64,000 bases of DNA from assembly GCA_965541585.1 (NCBI GenBank), contig CBEUCH010000015.1, positions 7,120 to 71,119 of the forward strand, given 5' to 3'. The DNA is from an uncultured bacterium. Lineage in GTDB: Bacteria > Zixibacteria > MSB-5A5 > UBA10806. Under the pieces are notes generated by a model, which did not search any database, was not told the DNA's origin, and was given only the letters and a program-made list of their open reading frames with translations. The first letter of the stretch is position 1. The number at the start of each line of letters is the position of its first letter. Below are positions 30,000 to 39,758 of the stretch, piece by piece. A program made the position numbers and the translations under genes.

Positions 30000-30434
30000 T
30001 TACAAATGCAAAATCTCAGTTGCCCCATCAGCCATCTTGCTGAGTTCCGCAGCCACCGCCCGCCTGTGGCATCTATTCACGTCCCGCTCATAACAGAGCA
30101 GGCATACGGTTTCTCGTTTTGCCAGATCCAGGAGGGTCTTTAAGGCCTCGGCCTGTTCCTCGAGATATTCACGGTATTTATCGAAGAAGTAATCGTAATC
30201 GTCGTCGGCCCTTACTTTATCCCTGAGCTCCTTCGGGCCTCCCAGATCGATCAGGTGGATATATTCTATTCCAGCCACGGCAAGTTTGGCGGGCAACTGC
30301 TTCTTAGAGAATTCCTTTCGCCTCGAATAAGGGACGGCCCGTATATCAGCTAAAACGGCAATCCGGTTATCTGAGAGTACCTCGAAAAACTCATCGGTAT
30401 CCCTTTTTTCATAGCCGATTGTAAATAGCTTCAT
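30000..30434 (-). CDS. DUF488 family protein
   Basis: The N-terminal MKLFTIGYEKRDTDEFFEVLSDNRIAVLADIRAVPYSRR matches the DUF488 consensus. It is 144 aa. Confidence 0.55.
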   Translation of the reverse strand: MKLFTIGYEKRDTDEFFEVLSDNRIAVLADIRAVPYSRRKEFSKKQLPAKLAVAGIEYIHLIDLGGPKELRDKVRADDDYDYFFDKYREYLEEQAEALKTLLDLAKRETVCLLCYERDVNRCHRRAVAAELSKMADGATEILHL

Positions 30435-30603
30435 TTCAGATCCTCTGTCGCCGGGACATGTTCATGTTTGCTGGTATCAACTTAATGGCTAAGACGCCCG
30501 AAAAAAAGGGCTTTTCCCCTTATTGTTAAAGAATTGAACCTATTTCGATATCTTCCGATAGCAGTAAGTAAGGGAAGACGGTTGAGGGGGGCGCCGTTTT
30601 CCC

Positions 30604-30640
30604 TTGACTCTAAGATCTTTCAAATCTATTTTCCGAATAG
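30604..30640 (+). promoter_or_regulatory. Putative promoter of tRNA-Cys
   Basis: TTGACT, then 17 nt, then TATTTT, ending about 15 nt before the tRNA 5' end. Confidence 0.3.
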
Positions 30641-30646
30641 ACTTAC

Positions 30647-30718
30647 GGCGGCTTAGCCAAGTGGTAAGGCGGAGGTCTGCAAAACCTCTATTCTCCGGTT
30701 CGAATCCGGAAGCCGCCT
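30647..30718 (+). tRNA. tRNA-Cys (anticodon GCA)
   Basis: Hand fold. The acceptor is GGCGGCT/AGCCGCC, the anticodon stem-loop GGAGG-TCTGCAAA-CCTCT, and the T-arm CCGGTTCGAATCCGG. Confidence 0.8.
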
Positions 30719-30766
30719 TATTTTTATGCCGGAATTGCGGAAAACGAGGCGATTCGATCTACCATT

Positions 30767-32881
30767 CTATCTCGAAAGCATTCTCTGTAGATATGTGTAT
30801 TCAAGAGCATGTCTTTTCGCTCTCTGAGCGTTATCAGCCGATGCCGCATGCCCACCCTCCATTTCCTCGTAATAATAAACCTTATTTCCGAATTCCTCCA
30901 TCCTGGCCGCCATTTTCCTGGCATGCCCCGGATGGACCCGGTCGTCCCAGGTGGAGGTCACGAATAATACGTCGGGGTAATCAACTCCCTTTTTTAGGTT
31001 CTGATACGGAGAGTATCTGGCGATATATTCCCTCATCTCGGGTATATCGGGATCGCCGAATTCAGCCATCCACGATGCTCCCGGCGGAAGCTTGTGATAT
31101 CTGAGCATATCCAATAGCGGCACTTGGCATACCACCGCGTTATAGAGATCGGGTCTCTGGGTCAATACTGCCCCGACCAGCAGTCCGCCGTTACTGCCGC
31201 CCATGATCCCCAGATGATCCGGCGATGTTATTTTTCGATTTATCAAATCCTCGGCGACGGCAATAAAATCATCGAAAGCGCGTTGCCTGTTTTCCAGAAG
31301 GGCTGCTTTATGCCATCTCGGCCCGAACTCCCCACCGCCTCTGATATTCGCCAACGCGAACACGCCTCCTGTTTCGAGCCATAGCTTTCCTATCGTCGCC
31401 GAGTAAAACGGAGTTTGTGGATTTCTAAATCCCCCGTAACCGTAAAGCAGGGTAGGGTTGCCGCCGTCCGTTTCCAGATCCTTTGCCGAAACCAGAAAAT
31501 ATGGTATTACGGTACCATCCTTACTCAGAGTCTCGAGTTGACTTACTTTCAAGTTGTTGGCGTCGAACATGGGAGGGACCGATTTGATCACTCTGGGTGT
31601 TTCCTTCGGATCGGAAAAAATGTATAGATTGCTTGGGATCAGAAAACTCGCGAACGAAATCATCAGCCTGTTATCGAATGCGCTATATGAACGTACCTTG
31701 ACCGATCCGAAATCGGGAAGATTTATGGCGCCTCCTGTCCATTCGGGTTTCTCGGAAGAGCCTGCCAGCGAAAAATAACGGACTTTACCTATCACGTTTT
31801 CAAGCAGGGATACGATTATATAATCCCTGGTGGGATGGACCGACCTGATCGTGCTCTTTTCATCCGGTCGGAATAAAACTTCAATGTCGGATTTGAGATC
31901 ATCCGATTCGAGATCATCTATTTTTAATGCTATTAGAGAACCCTGCGTGATATCTAGCCAGTCGGAATGAAGAAGAACGACAATATAACCTTTGAAAAAA
32001 GCCTCTATCGTGGCGTCTTTGGGGATCGGGATTTCGCGTTTTTCGAGATTTTCATCCAGAAGCCATTGAGTGGATTCCCAGAAGGATATATATCTGCCCA
32101 CAGATACATATTTCCCCTCGGGTCTGTGCTCAATATACCCGTAGATAGAAACGTCCGTTTCCTCTCCTTCAAGAAGGGTTATAGCCTCCGAAAGAGGCGT
32201 TCCTCGCTTCCATAATTTGGCGATCCTCGGATAGCCCGACGTTGTCAATGAACCGGGACCGAAATCGGTATCCACAATCAAATTGTCATCATCGTACCAG
32301 GCCACAGTGCTTTTGGCCTCGGGAAGATAAAAGCCGTCGCCCACGAACGACTTAGTTTCATAATCAAACTCCCTGACAAATATGGCGTCCTTACCGCCTT
32401 CGGAGAAGTAAATCATGCATCTTGCATAATCGGGCGGTAAATTGGCCGTTCCCTTATAGACCCAGCTTCTTCCTTCTTTCTCATTGAGTTCGTCGATATC
32501 GAGGAGAATCTCCCATCGGGGATCTTTCTTCTGGTATTCTTCCAGGGTGGCTCTTCTTATGATCCCCCTGACGTGCTGGTCATCCTGCCAGAAATTGTAA
32601 ACGTATTCACCCTTAATAGTCCCATACGGTATCCTGTCTTTTGAATTTAGAATATTCAGAGCTTCATTTTGAAATTCCAGGAAATTGGGATCGTTGCCCA
32701 GATCATCCATTGTGGCCTTGTCATGCTCTGTTACCCATTTGAGGGGTCTTTCTCCTTCCACCTCTTCTAGCCAGATATAAGGATCATCATGCGTATCGAT
32801 CGCGTCCTGCGCCGTCGGACAGGTATTCGGTTTAACTATGAATATAAATACAATAGAGGATAGGATTCTTAGAGCCTTCAT
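30767..32881 (-). CDS. Prolyl oligopeptidase (S9A family) with a signal peptide. The listed ORF extends to 33019; the likely start is ATG 32881.
   Basis: It has an N-terminal beta-propeller region and a C-terminal alpha/beta hydrolase with the nucleophile elbow GGSNGGLLVG typical of POP. The catalytic Asp and His are in the expected order. Confidence 0.8.
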   Translation of the reverse strand: MKALRILSSIVFIFIVKPNTCPTAQDAIDTHDDPYIWLEEVEGERPLKWVTEHDKATMDDLGNDPNFLEFQNEALNILNSKDRIPYGTIKGEYVYNFWQDDQHVRGIIRRATLEEYQKKDPRWEILLDIDELNEKEGRSWVYKGTANLPPDYARCMIYFSEGGKDAIFVREFDYETKSFVGDGFYLPEAKSTVAWYDDDNLIVDTDFGPGSLTTSGYPRIAKLWKRGTPLSEAITLLEGEETDVSIYGYIEHRPEGKYVSVGRYISFWESTQWLLDENLEKREIPIPKDATIEAFFKGYIVVLLHSDWLDITQGSLIALKIDDLESDDLKSDIEVLFRPDEKSTIRSVHPTRDYIIVSLLENVIGKVRYFSLAGSSEKPEWTGGAINLPDFGSVKVRSYSAFDNRLMISFASFLIPSNLYIFSDPKETPRVIKSVPPMFDANNLKVSQLETLSKDGTVIPYFLVSAKDLETDGGNPTLLYGYGGFRNPQTPFYSATIGKLWLETGGVFALANIRGGGEFGPRWHKAALLENRQRAFDDFIAVAEDLINRKITSPDHLGIMGGSNGGLLVGAVLTQRPDLYNAVVCQVPLLDMLRYHKLPPGASWMAEFGDPDIPEMREYIARYSPYQNLKKGVDYPDVLFVTSTWDDRVHPGHARKMAARMEEFGNKVYYYEEMEGGHAASADNAQRAKRHALEYTYLQRMLSR

Positions 32882-33281
32882 AATCTCTCCCGGCATTGGT
32901 GCTTTAATCTTCCGATGATCATTCCAAGTTCGAAAAAACAGGGTAGCGACGATTATGTCAAGCGCAAAAGCCGCTCTTATAGTATCTTCAGGATTGTCGA
33001 TAACTCTTGCAGAGAACAAAGGAGGAGCGAGGAAATGGAGGCTTGTTTCGAAGCAATTTTAAGAAAGCCGAAAGCGTCAAACGGCCTCTAAATAACCGAA
33101 GTAAAGACGATCGATGATTCACATACTTTCTCCATCCAATGAGGATATTTCATGACCACCCCTGAATAGTTGCTCGTTTTTTTTACTCGGTTGCATTTCA
33201 AGAGCTTGCCGTGCCTGCAGAAAAAGTGAGAACTCACTTGTGTCTTTTTTATTATTATCGTAACTTAAAATGTAGATTATT

Positions 33282-33367
33282 GCCGGAATGGCGGAATAGG
33301 TAGACGCAAGGGACTTAAAATCCCTCGGTCCGTATGGACTGTGCCGGTTCGATTCCGGCTTCCGGCA
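33282..33367 (+). tRNA. tRNA-Leu (anticodon TAA), class II with a long variable arm
   Basis: Hand fold. The acceptor is GCCGGAA/TTCCGGC, the anticodon loop CTTAAAA, the extra arm CGGTCCGTATGGACTG, and the T-arm GCCGGTTCGATTCCGGC. Confidence 0.8.
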
Positions 33368-33476
33368 TTATAAATCACTACGAGTGAACGGGTTGCAAAA
33401 TGTGCATCGCAACCCGTTTTTTGGTGGATTGTAGGCAAGTCCTACATGAGTCCACACTTTTTGCGGTTTTTACCAG

Positions 33477-34550
33477 TCAATAAGGAAGTTTTGCCACCAT
33501 GTCGGTCTTGTATTTTTCCGCAAGATGAGCGTATATTTCTGTGGTTTTGATGGAGGAATGACCCAATAGTTCCTTTATTGCGTATAGCGGCACTCCTGCC
33601 ATCGCAAGATGTGAGGCATAGGAAAAACGTAGGGAATGGCAGCTAGCCCAGTCCAGGCCTATCGAGGAACAGGTCTTACTGATTTTCCGGCTTACTGTAT
33701 CGGGTTTCCATTGTGGGAGTTCCTTTCCTTTTTCATCCCGGGAACCAAAAACTTTATTGTCTTTTCTCCTTTGAAGTGAACCAAGCATTTTCCCAAGACC
33801 ACTTTTTTTATCAAACCCAAGGTATCTATACCTTCTACTCTTCGAATTTGACGCCCTTATTGTAATCTGGCATTTATTGAAATCAATGTCATCCCAGGTT
33901 AATGATAAGGCCTCGCGAAGCCTAACGCCCGTCCATAAATAAAAATTCACAACATCTTGGAAAACAGTTCCTTCAAACGCTTCGCGTAACTTCTCAATTT
34001 CGTCTACTTCAAGATACTTTGGTCGAGGCGCACCTTGGCTCCGTAGCATTTTGATCCTTCTAAAAGGGCTCGTTTCCATTAGCCCCCAGCTAAGAGCGGT
34101 ATTAAATATTGCCTTAAGATGACGAAGCTCTAGATTTACCGTCGATTCTGAAATATGTGAGTTTTTTCTATTTGACGGCTGGCTGAGTCTGTGTCTAACA
34201 TAACCATCAACGAGGGCGCTATTGATTGTTTTCAATTCAACGTTTCCGATGTATTTCGCAAACAATCTCAATACTCTTTCTTCTCTGTTTAAAGTCGATG
34301 GCCTCTTTACAAGACTGCAGTGATTTAAATAATCACGCATAAAATCTTCGAGTAGAATATTCTCAAATTGCCCTACTGTAGATTTGCCTTCAACAAGCTG
34401 GCTGCAAAACTTATGGTACTCTTTTTGAGCAGTCCGTTTATCAACTTCACCGATTGTTTTTAATTGATCTCTGCCATTCAATCTGTAACGAATTACCCAC
34501 ACAGATCTCCCCGTCCTGTAATTTCTTTTTTGCAATGAGGCCATCAACAC
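33477..34550 (-). CDS. int: Tyrosine site-specific recombinase (phage integrase family)
   Basis: The C-terminal catalytic region has HSLRFSYASHLAMAGVPLYAIKELLGHSSIKTTEIYAHL (R..H..R..Y signature). The N-terminus has a SAM-like core-binding domain. Confidence 0.85.
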   Translation of the reverse strand: MLMASLQKRNYRTGRSVWVIRYRLNGRDQLKTIGEVDKRTAQKEYHKFCSQLVEGKSTVGQFENILLEDFMRDYLNHCSLVKRPSTLNREERVLRLFAKYIGNVELKTINSALVDGYVRHRLSQPSNRKNSHISESTVNLELRHLKAIFNTALSWGLMETSPFRRIKMLRSQGAPRPKYLEVDEIEKLREAFEGTVFQDVVNFYLWTGVRLREALSLTWDDIDFNKCQITIRASNSKSRRYRYLGFDKKSGLGKMLGSLQRRKDNKVFGSRDEKGKELPQWKPDTVSRKISKTCSSIGLDWASCHSLRFSYASHLAMAGVPLYAIKELLGHSSIKTTEIYAHLAEKYKTDMVAKLPY

Positions 34551-34565
34551 TCACCTCCTTTCCGG

Positions 34566-34793
34566 CTATTTGATAAAGTTGATTTTTTGTTTGAATTCGT
34601 TTTCCTCGATGAAATGAACGACCTGGTCGTAGGTGAAACAGATTGAATTTCGGCCGTATCGAGTACAGGTGATCCGCCCGGACTTTATCCAGCGAATGAC
34701 CGTGTTATAGTGGACACCCAGGAGATCAGCCACCTCACGTAAGGTCTTGGTCAATTTACCGTCGGGCCAGGTGTTCATCTCCTTATACCTCAA
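34566..34793 (-). CDS. Excisionase-like / MerR-type HTH DNA-binding protein
   Basis: It is a 75-aa protein with the HTH LREVADLLGVHYNTVIRWIKSGRI, positioned directly upstream of int, which is the classic xis position. Confidence 0.5.
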   Translation of the reverse strand: MRYKEMNTWPDGKLTKTLREVADLLGVHYNTVIRWIKSGRITCTRYGRNSICFTYDQVVHFIEENEFKQKINFIK

Positions 34794-34874
34794 AAATTAA
34801 TCCCAAAATCACCTCCCGGCGAAAAATATAGCCCAAAAAAACACCGGGAGGCTTCGGAACGCCTACAAACGTTC

Positions 34875-35339
34875 CTACGTTTGACTGCCTGACGGACTAT
34901 TTTTTAGTCCGTGGCCGAATTCGATGAACAATTTATTGGCATTGACCAGATGCTCAAACATGTCCCGCATATCGCCAATCAATCTCTCAAGCGATTTTCC
35001 GATTTCATCAACCGATTCGAACCTATGCTCCTTAGCTATATGATGAGATAAATTCCCAATGATGATCGTCCATTCATGCAAAAAACCTCGAGTGAGAGAT
35101 TCATAATTCTTCAGATCATCCAAGGATTGGAATTCTCTGGCTGAAGATGCGAGTTGATCCAGCCTGGGGAGGATGTAATCAGTATATGCTCGAACCGAGA
35201 TATACGTTTCGCCATTTTTATCCTCCAGGGCATCCGCGTCAGCAAGGATGTCCATCGCAGCTCTGCGCTGACTATCATCAAGGCGGAGCGCTTTAAAATG
35301 GTCTTCCAACAGTACGTGGAAATCGCCTTTATCTTTCAT
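34875..35339 (-). CDS. Hypothetical protein, member A of a divergent paralog pair
   Basis: It is alignable to the 35433..35924 product (DADALEDKNGETYISVRAYTDYI vs DKADALSQENEIEYISFKTYSTFM; the C-terminal regions are also collinear). It matches no known family. Confidence 0.4.
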   Translation of the reverse strand: MKDKGDFHVLLEDHFKALRLDDSQRRAAMDILADADALEDKNGETYISVRAYTDYILPRLDQLASSAREFQSLDDLKNYESLTRGFLHEWTIIIGNLSHHIAKEHRFESVDEIGKSLERLIGDMRDMFEHLVNANKLFIEFGHGLKNSPSGSQT

Positions 35340-35432
35340 TGTTTTACCTCCATTTTTGGTTTGTAAGAATGTCAGCGTTTTTTTAGGGTCGCCCTAGTCG
35401 CCGCAATAAAGACGGCGACTAGAGCAGTAAGG

Positions 35433-35924
35433 TTATTCGCATTCATGCAAGTTATGGCCTTCCGCGTAAGCCCTTAGGATCTCATCCGACGGAGGTGGGG
35501 CACCCATATCAAAGAGGATTTTGTGGCTGGATATGCAATGGTCGACCAGGCTTTTCAACTCAGAATTTACGGTCACCCACGCCTGAAAAAGGTCGCTCCT
35601 GATGGCACTATTACGTGGATCAACCGCCATGTTCATTATATCCACGCCGAATAACATCCATTCCTTCACCAGCTTGGCCGCCAGCGACGCATAAAAACTG
35701 TAGTCCTCCTCGGTCTGCGACTCAACTGCCATATTCTCCAATCCACTTAGGGCGTCATGCATAAATGTTGAATAGGTCTTGAATGAAATGTATTCGATTT
35801 CGTTTTCTTGGGATAAGGCGTCAGCTTTATCGAATACGGCACGGATTGATTTACGGCAATTGTCGCATTTTCCTTTAGTGTGGAGATCAAAAGGGATTAA
35901 GACGTCTTTTTCTAATCTTGTCAT
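35433..35924 (-). CDS. Hypothetical protein, member B of the paralog pair. The listed ORF extends to 35987; ATG 35924 has AAGGA 6 nt upstream.
   Basis: See 34875..35339. It adds an N-terminal CDNC Cys pair. Confidence 0.4.
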   Translation of the reverse strand: MTRLEKDVLIPFDLHTKGKCDNCRKSIRAVFDKADALSQENEIEYISFKTYSTFMHDALSGLENMAVESQTEEDYSFYASLAAKLVKEWMLFGVDIMNMAVDPRNSAIRSDLFQAWVTVNSELKSLVDHCISSHKILFDMGAPPPSDEILRAYAEGHNLHECE

Positions 35925-35998
35925 TTTTTTCCTTTCATTTTTGTACCCGGTCGCCTCATAGTGGTGGCGACAGGAACCTGATCGCATTCAAGTGCAAA

Positions 35999-36868
35999 TC
36001 AGACATCGTACATCGTGCCAGGGCCAACAAACCTTACCCTGATTTCCTTTATCCTTTCTCCCCAGCCTTCTACCTCACCGATCAAAGCTTCGACGTCGTA
36101 AGCACCATCGCCGAGCCCAGCTGGGATCAGAACCGCAATTCCTTCTCCTATCTGGTAGCCTCTCTTAAAGCCATCCACAATCTCTTGTATTGGATGGATA
36201 TCACTGTGGAAATGACATGGATCGAAGACCATGACATACCCGCTATCAACATTAATCTGGCCAATCGTGGTCCACATGTCCTCTACGGCTGTCTCCTTGT
36301 TCGTTGTCGCAGATACCGGTTCTCCTCCAGAGTGATATTTTTTCGCTGTTCCTTCACGCTTCCTGTTCTCAAGGAAGGAATCGACCCGTTTTTTCTCCTC
36401 GGGGATGAGCTTTCCAAGACGATCCTCAGCCTCTTCTAATGTCTTCAGATCTGCATCGAGCTCGCCATAAACATCGCGGTATTCATGAGCGAGATCCAGC
36501 CGCTTACCAGGGTCATCTTCCTGTAGCATCTTGCTGAAGGTTTCTTTTAGCTTAATTTCTTTTAACAAGGATAGGGTGGCCAATCGATAAGTAATGCCTC
36601 GAAGTTTACCGATGGAATTGATCGTATTAACTATTTTGGACGGCTCGATAATTCCCCTGCCAGTCTGCCCTGGGGACTTGAGTTCGCCCAGCTGTCCCAG
36701 AAGTAGGGACGATAAACGTATGTAATTGTTCTCGCCTATTCTGATAAGAGCGTCGTGAATTGAGGCTTGGATCTCCAGGGTTTTCTGATCAATGCCAGAT
36801 ACATTGGAGTAAGCTTCTGCCAACACGAGGTCGCCGAAAACATCAAGTAGTTTGTTTTGATTTTCCAT
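35999..36868 (-). CDS. Hypothetical protein (289 aa)
   Basis: The ORF is long and open, and tightly packed with its neighbours on the same strand. No motif is recognised (no GGDEF/CD-NTase/mCpol signatures were seen). Confidence 0.4.
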   Translation of the reverse strand: MENQNKLLDVFGDLVLAEAYSNVSGIDQKTLEIQASIHDALIRIGENNYIRLSSLLLGQLGELKSPGQTGRGIIEPSKIVNTINSIGKLRGITYRLATLSLLKEIKLKETFSKMLQEDDPGKRLDLAHEYRDVYGELDADLKTLEEAEDRLGKLIPEEKKRVDSFLENRKREGTAKKYHSGGEPVSATTNKETAVEDMWTTIGQINVDSGYVMVFDPCHFHSDIHPIQEIVDGFKRGYQIGEGIAVLIPAGLGDGAYDVEALIGEVEGWGERIKEIRVRFVGPGTMYDV

Positions 36869-36940
36869 TTATTTCGTTCTCCTATTTTTATGCCCGGCGC
36901 CGGATGGAACGGCGACGCGGGCGTTAATGGTCAACAGTTA

Positions 36941-37480
36941 CTACTTGACTGGCTCGGCGACAGGTGTCGCTCCTTCTTCCGGACCTCCATCCTCGGCAGA
37001 GTCGTTAGCTTCCAAATCGTCAAGCATCGCTCTTCGCTCAGCCTGTACGCGTTTCAAACCCTGCGTGGCATCTTCGAGATTCTTGCGGTGGCGTTCAAGA
37101 TCGGTCTCCAATGTGCTTTTCTCCCCGCGTAAACTGTAGATCTCGTCATCGGAGGTAGCGTCTTTAAGCAAGGCTTCGATTGCTTTTAGCCTCCGCTCTT
37201 TCTTCTTAATGATGTCAGGCAATCTTTTCAGATTCGATTTGAGGATGCCGATCTGTTTGGTATCCGCCAAGGTCTTGCCGGTCTTCGAGCGTTCGCTTAC
37301 TTTGGAATTGAATGCCCTCAGAACGTTGGCATCCCACTCCTCCAGGCAGATATGTGGCGCCCCGGCATACTCGAAGAGAATACCGGCTTTCGATGCCTCC
37401 TCGGTCACTTTATCAACATCAGAATATTCCCGAAGTTCGGCCAACTGTTGAATTGTTAAAATTGTCTTTGGGGATTTCAA
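36941..37480 (-). CDS. Hypothetical coiled-coil protein (179 aa)
   Basis: The central region is charged and heptad-like (KKKERRLKAIEALLKDA...LETDLERHRKNLEDATQGLKRVQAERRAML). Confidence 0.35.
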   Translation of the reverse strand: MKSPKTILTIQQLAELREYSDVDKVTEEASKAGILFEYAGAPHICLEEWDANVLRAFNSKVSERSKTGKTLADTKQIGILKSNLKRLPDIIKKKERRLKAIEALLKDATSDDEIYSLRGEKSTLETDLERHRKNLEDATQGLKRVQAERRAMLDDLEANDSAEDGGPEEGATPVAEPVK

Positions 37481-37859
37481 AGAAAACCTCCTATGATAAA
37501 AGTTAAATTTTCATTATCTCATCTACTTGATAGTAGAAACGGGTTGTAGTGGGGTTCCTCCTTTCAGTCAGCATTCATTGACGATTAATTGGTCCATCCT
37601 TAATAATGTGACCGGTCACGAAAGCTCGACTCCTTCCCTGATAATTTCAAAACCTCCGAGATTCACAGGGGCAATCGTTCCATCAGCGCTTGCACATTCT
37701 TCTAACTAAAAAATTATCGGGGTTCACAAAATATAATGGATGATGTAAGCCACTATCTTGTGCTATAAACACTTAGAGAGAAAAAATAATTATAAAAAAA
37801 AAGATAATATTTTATTTGTATTATTGGAGGCTAATTACGGAGAGATAAACTACAAAATA

Positions 37860-39758
37860 TCAGCGATCAGAGCGCCGATAAATCTTAAATATTGAACAAT
37901 AATAACCCATATCCCTATCGCATTCTATTAGATTTTCTTCTATTTTGAAAAAATGGCGCAATCGCTCATTTGTTTCTGAAATGTTTACTATTAAAGTGGC
38001 ATCAGTCTTCTTATAATGTAATATTCCGTTACTATCAGCCAGCTTACCCAGCACCTCTTCGTAAGGCCTAATTGAATTTCTTTTTGATTTTATATTCTGA
38101 AAACCCATCTCCTTAAACGTTCTAATTTCTGTTGGATGCTTTTTCCTAACATCATTGATATCAAATTTACATGAATCGTCTGCGAAACCAACTACAAGCT
38201 GCTTCCATTCAATTCCGGGTGGCAATATAAATGGGATTATTGAATCAATCGCTTCTTGTGGGATAGACGGTTTTTTCTCTTTGGCTTTTTGTTCTCTATC
38301 TATTAATAAACTATCTGGAAGTTCAGTCAAAGTGTTTTCATTATCATCAGCGAGGAGTACTGTTCGTTCAATTACTGACCGCAGTTCCCTTATGTTGCCC
38401 TCTTTCCAGCTGTGTAATTTTAGTTTCTTTAATAGATCTTTGGAAACTTTCCGGATATTTTTCCTGAATTGTTTCGAGAATTCAGCAATAAACAGGTTAA
38501 CAAACTTTTCAATATCGTCGCTTCTTTCTCTTAAAGGAGGTATATGTATCTCATAAGTATTTATCCGATGATAAAAATCCTCTCTCATAATGTTATTATC
38601 TATTAAGTGACGTGGTTTTTTGCTCAATGTCATAACTATTTTAATATCTGTTTTTATACTCTTGGTAAAGCCCTGTTCCTGTATTTCCCCCTTATCTAAA
38701 AACCTCAGCATCTTTCCCTGAAAATCATAAGGCATATCATTGACATTATCTAAAAATACTGTCCCTTTATCAGCCTGTTCAAAGATGCCCTTTTGATTGT
38801 GTATCCCTTCCAAAAAAGGTCTATTCTTGGCGCCGAATAGATAATACTCGAATGCAGCATTTGCAATCTCGGAGCAGTAAACAACATAGAACGGTTCCCT
38901 GTTTCTATTACTTTTGCCATGAAAATAGCGCGCAATAACATCTTTTCCGGTTCCGGGCTCACCGTTAAGTAATATGATTTTTGCTTCATCATACTTAGCG
39001 ATTTTTTCAACCTCTGATAAAACATTCTTAAAATTTGGAGCATCCCCGATTATAGTGAAAGGCTGATCAGCTATTTTCATAATTGCCGGTTTTGCCTGGT
39101 CAACATATGTCTGAATATTCCCGACGAGATCAGAATAACTGTCCGTATCTCCGAGAATATTAGCATACTTTTCACCAAGCCGGGCGAATGGGATTTCCTC
39201 AAGAGCGATATCGGCATTCTCACCCTTCCGCGGATAGAAATAATCTGGTGTCATGATGCCCTCGGGGTGTCGAAGGTAATAAAGATGATCTTGTTTTCTG
39301 CCTAATATTGTTAAGGCGAGTCCCAAATAAACGGACATTATTCTTCTTCCGCCCGCATATATACAGTGTAATTCTGTATCGGGGTCTTTTGTCAAGTTCC
39401 TAAGTAAATTCGCAATTTTATTCGCGGTCATTTCAAATTGTTCTGGAGTCTTTATATCATCCTGGATATTTCCTTTCTCATCTTCAATCATATAGATATC
39501 TTCTTCAGTAAATTTGGGGAATGTTTTATATTCCGCGCAAAACTTGCTGAAGACTTTGTTTTCGCCGAGTAAAGGGGGCATACCTGTTCTAGGATTACCC
39601 ATAAAGAGTTCGTCCCTGCCAATTGATGTTGTGATTAAGACTATTCTTTCAATATCGATGGGTCGCGGCCGTTTTCGGGTTCTAAAATACCAAAGCGACA
39701 GTGTTATAACGTTAGGGATGTTACCGAAGACGCCAAATAGCAAGTGCATCTTTTTCAT
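37860..39758 (-). CDS. Three-part protein: an N-terminal CARF-like Rossmann sensor domain, a degenerate sigma54-activator-type AAA+ core (GAFTGA absent, Walker B DE changed to DN), and a C-terminal 170-aa unknown domain with no Fis HTH
   Basis: The AAA+ core shows Walker A GEPGTGKDVIARYFH, an EYYLFG...RPFLEG segment replacing ESELFGHEKGAFTGA, Walker B VFLDNV, and IHIPPLRERSDDI plus SWKEGNIRELRSVIERTVLL (sensor II). The N-terminus has IVLITTSIG and IYAGGRRIMS, resembling CARF motifs hTLGTS and DxTSGTKAMS. Confidence 0.6.
   Translation of the reverse strand: MKKMHLLFGVFGNIPNVITLSLWYFRTRKRPRPIDIERIVLITTSIGRDELFMGNPRTGMPPLLGENKVFSKFCAEYKTFPKFTEEDIYMIEDEKGNIQDDIKTPEQFEMTANKIANLLRNLTKDPDTELHCIYAGGRRIMSVYLGLALTILGRKQDHLYYLRHPEGIMTPDYFYPRKGENADIALEEIPFARLGEKYANILGDTDSYSDLVGNIQTYVDQAKPAIMKIADQPFTIIGDAPNFKNVLSEVEKIAKYDEAKIILLNGEPGTGKDVIARYFHGKSNRNREPFYVVYCSEIANAAFEYYLFGAKNRPFLEGIHNQKGIFEQADKGTVFLDNVNDMPYDFQGKMLRFLDKGEIQEQGFTKSIKTDIKIVMTLSKKPRHLIDNNIMREDFYHRINTYEIHIPPLRERSDDIEKFVNLFIAEFSKQFRKNIRKVSKDLLKKLKLHSWKEGNIRELRSVIERTVLLADDNENTLTELPDSLLIDREQKAKEKKPSIPQEAIDSIIPFILPPGIEWKQLVVGFADDSCKFDINDVRKKHPTEIRTFKEMGFQNIKSKRNSIRPYEEVLGKLADSNGILHYKKTDATLIVNISETNERLRHFFKIEENLIECDRDMGYYCSIFKIYRRSDR

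Noticed and set aside
30040-30075. Another copy of the ccgcctgtggc hairpin repeat inside the DUF488 gene
   Set aside because: It lies within a conserved coding region (CHRRAVAAEL). Only the core 11-mer matches, which is probably chance.
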